This document shows positions 30,141 to 32,000 of a stretch of 32,000 bases of DNA, piece after piece (position 1 is the first letter of the stretch; each line of letters starts with the position of its first letter). This stretch comes from an uncultured bacterium (GTDB taxonomy: Bacteria; Margulisbacteria; WOR-1; CAVSGV01), in the NCBI GenBank assembly GCA_963699255.1, contig OY969425.1, positions 30,001 to 62,000 on the forward strand, written 5' to 3'. A model generated the notes under the pieces. It saw nothing but the letters and a program-made list of their open reading frames with translations, did no database searches and had not been told where the DNA came from. The position numbers and the translations under genes were made by a program.

Positions 30141-31256
30141 TTGATAAATAAGAACAATTTGGTAAAGCGTTTCATTAAATACGTTAAGATCGACAGCCTG
30201 TCGGGAAAAGAAGCCCGGTTCATGAAGCTTATCAGGAAACAGCTGTCGGATATGGGGATCAGGTCATATCAGGACAATGCCGGCCGCAAGATCGGGGGCG
30301 ACTGCGGCAACCTTTACGCTTTCATTAAAGGCACGGTAAAGGGCGCGCCAAGGATACTTATTAACGCTCATGTTGACACGGTCATGCCGGGGGAGAACAT
30401 CAGGCCGCGGATAAGGAAAGGGATCATCCGCAGCGACGGGAAAACTATATTAGGCGCGGATAACAAGGCCGGCGTCGCGGTGATAATGGAAGTTTTAAAA
30501 ACGATCAGGTCAAATAAAGTGCCTCACGGGGACCTGGATATTCTGTTCACTGTTTCGGAAGAAACCGGTCTCATGGGCTCAAAATACGTGGACAGGAAAT
30601 TCCTGAAGGCCGACTTCGGCTATGTCCTGGACGGCGGGGAAGTGGAGGAGATGATCAACAATGCCCCTTCGCAGGACTCGTTCGACATCACGATAACGGG
30701 GCGCGCGGCGCATGCAGGGGTCCATCCGGAGCAGGGGATAAACGCGATCAAGGTCGCGTCCGCGGCGATATCAAAGATGAGACTCGGAAGGATCGACCAT
30801 GAAACCACCGCCAATATCGGGATAATAAAAGGCGGCGTCGCGACGAATATCGTCCCTGAAACCGTTAATATTCTGGGAGAGGCGAGGAGCCGCGACATGA
30901 AGAAACTGAGGCGGCAGGTGAAGCATATGGTAAGCGTCCTGCGCGAGGCGTGCTCTAAATTCAAGGCAAAACTGATATGCAAGGTCACGCCTTCTTACAG
31001 GGCGTTCAATATCCCAAAGACGCATAAGGCATTGGTCCTGGCGCAGAAAGCGGCAAAAAAGATCGGATTGAAACCGGTCGTTAAACCTACCGGCGGCGGA
31101 AGCGACGCGAATATTTTCTCTTCATTTGGACTGCCGTGCCTGATCCTGGGCGTCGGAGCGGACAGCGTCCACACAAAAAAAGAGAACATAGCCGTGGATG
31201 ACATGGCGGCCGGCGCGGACCTTCTTTTAAATATCATAAAGGAGAGCTTGGGATGA
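30141..31256 (+). CDS. M20-family metallopeptidase (PepT/YqjE-like)
   Basis: INAHVDTV (HxD), ILGADNKAGVAVI, TVSEETGLMGS, ITGRAAHAGVHPEQGINAI, PTGGGSDANIF. Confidence 0.88.
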   Translation: MINKNNLVKRFIKYVKIDSLSGKEARFMKLIRKQLSDMGIRSYQDNAGRKIGGDCGNLYAFIKGTVKGAPRILINAHVDTVMPGENIRPRIRKGIIRSDGKTILGADNKAGVAVIMEVLKTIRSNKVPHGDLDILFTVSEETGLMGSKYVDRKFLKADFGYVLDGGEVEEMINNAPSQDSFDITITGRAAHAGVHPEQGINAIKVASAAISKMRLGRIDHETTANIGIIKGGVATNIVPETVNILGEARSRDMKKLRRQVKHMVSVLREACSKFKAKLICKVTPSYRAFNIPKTHKALVLAQKAAKKIGLKPVVKPTGGGSDANIFSSFGLPCLILGVGADSVHTKKENIAVDDMAAGADLLLNIIKESLG

Positions 31257-31783
31257 TGGAGAAGACCCTGAAAACAAATAGGATATATAAAGGCAGGATC
31301 GTCGGATTGAGGGAGGACACTGTCAAACTAGTTAACGGAGTGGTGTCCAAAAGGGAGATAGTTGAGCATCCGGGCGCCGTCGCCGTTATCGCCGTTACAA
31401 AAGACGGCAGGATGGTCCTGATAAGGCAGTTCAGGAAACCCGCGGAGAAAGTTCTTCTTGAAATTCCCGCGGGGCTTGTGCACAAGGGAGAAAGCAATAT
31501 CAACGGCGCGCGAAGGGAGCTTACGGAAGAGACCGGATATGTGGCCGGCAGGATCAGGGAGATATTCAGCGGCTACTCGTCCCCTGGGTACAGCACGGAA
31601 GTGATAAAATTCTTCCTCGCGACCGACCTGAAGAAAGCGGAACAAAATTGCGATGCGGATGAAATGATCAGCGTTGAACTTTGTCCCGTGAAAAAAGCCC
31701 TGAAGATGCTGAGGCTGGGAAAGATAAGGGACAATAAAACAGCCGTCGGAATACTGCTAGCTAATATTTTATGGAAAAGATAA
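31253..31783 (+). CDS. nudF: NUDIX hydrolase, ADP-ribose pyrophosphatase-like
   Basis: Nudix box GLVHKGESNINGARRELTEETGY (Gx5Ex7REUxEExGU); ATGA overlap with the upstream gene. Confidence 0.85.
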   Translation: MMEKTLKTNRIYKGRIVGLREDTVKLVNGVVSKREIVEHPGAVAVIAVTKDGRMVLIRQFRKPAEKVLLEIPAGLVHKGESNINGARRELTEETGYVAGRIREIFSGYSSPGYSTEVIKFFLATDLKKAEQNCDADEMISVELCPVKKALKMLRLGKIRDNKTAVGILLANILWKR

Positions 31784-32000
31784 TAGAAGAATTTTTAAGC
31801 CACCTTAAGTATGAAAGGGGATACAGCGGGAACACCGTATCTGCTTATAAGAGGGACCTTGCTCATTTTGACAGGCATTTGAGGCAGCTGAATATCAGCT
31901 CTGTAAGCAGCATCACAAGGCCCGCGATAAGTTCGTTCGTCACGGCCCTTGTGGGGATGGGGCTTGAAGCTTCAAGCATAGAAAGGCATGTTGCGGCGGT
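31771..32000 (+). CDS. N-terminus of tyrosine recombinase (XerC/XerD-like), truncated by window edge
   Basis: My translation from 31771: MEKIIEEFLSHLKYERGYSGNTVSAYKRDLAHFDRHLRQLNISSVSSITRPAISSFVTALVGMGLEASSIERHVAA, a SAM-like core-binding domain; overlaps the nudF end. Confidence 0.8.
   Translation, partial: MEKIIEEFLSHLKYERGYSGNTVSAYKRDLAHFDRHLRQLNISSVSSITRPAISSFVTALVGMGLEASSIERHVAA

Noticed and set aside
1-32000. tRNA/rRNA genes, prophage or IS elements
   Set aside because: No recognisable conserved RNA signatures, transposase motifs or phage structural genes. The Xer-like gene at the edge sits in a housekeeping context (after nudF) and is not evidence of a mobile element.

Overview
This 32 kb window looks like a bacterial chromosome segment in which almost all genes run on the + strand. 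It falls into two parts. (1) About 0.1-27.9 kb is a block of large secreted, surface or envelope proteins. It holds a 1459-aa helical-repeat-like protein, three consecutive proteins with beta-rich bodies and Ser/Thr/Asn-rich N-termini but no Sec signal, and a giant (~3040 aa) protein with a beta-propeller-like N-terminus and a fibronectin-III array. It continues with an IPT/TIG protein ending in a 'YPNPFNP' tail, a PorV/UPF0164-like barrel fused to six SLH domains, a CsoR-family regulator, and a PQQ-type propeller protein with the same type of tail. (2) About 27.9-32 kb is a compact housekeeping operon: thiC, thiL, an M20 peptidase, a nudF-like NUDIX hydrolase and the start of a xerC/xerD-like recombinase. 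The most interesting observations are: four sigma28-like intergenic promoters with a shared extended motif (GTGAAATTTA-N11-NNCGATAW) and fixed spacing; two surface-type proteins with YPxPFNP tails near a PorV-like barrel fused to SLH domains, which may be a type-IX-like or alternative surface-display module; a tandem set of non-Sec proteins with a shared leader style; a CsoR homolog lacking all canonical metal ligands, with an 11-2-11 operator-like palindrome on its promoter; and four single-base frame disruptions in otherwise clean long genes. No tRNA, rRNA, CRISPR or transposase was recognised. All homology statements come from reading motifs, not from database searches.
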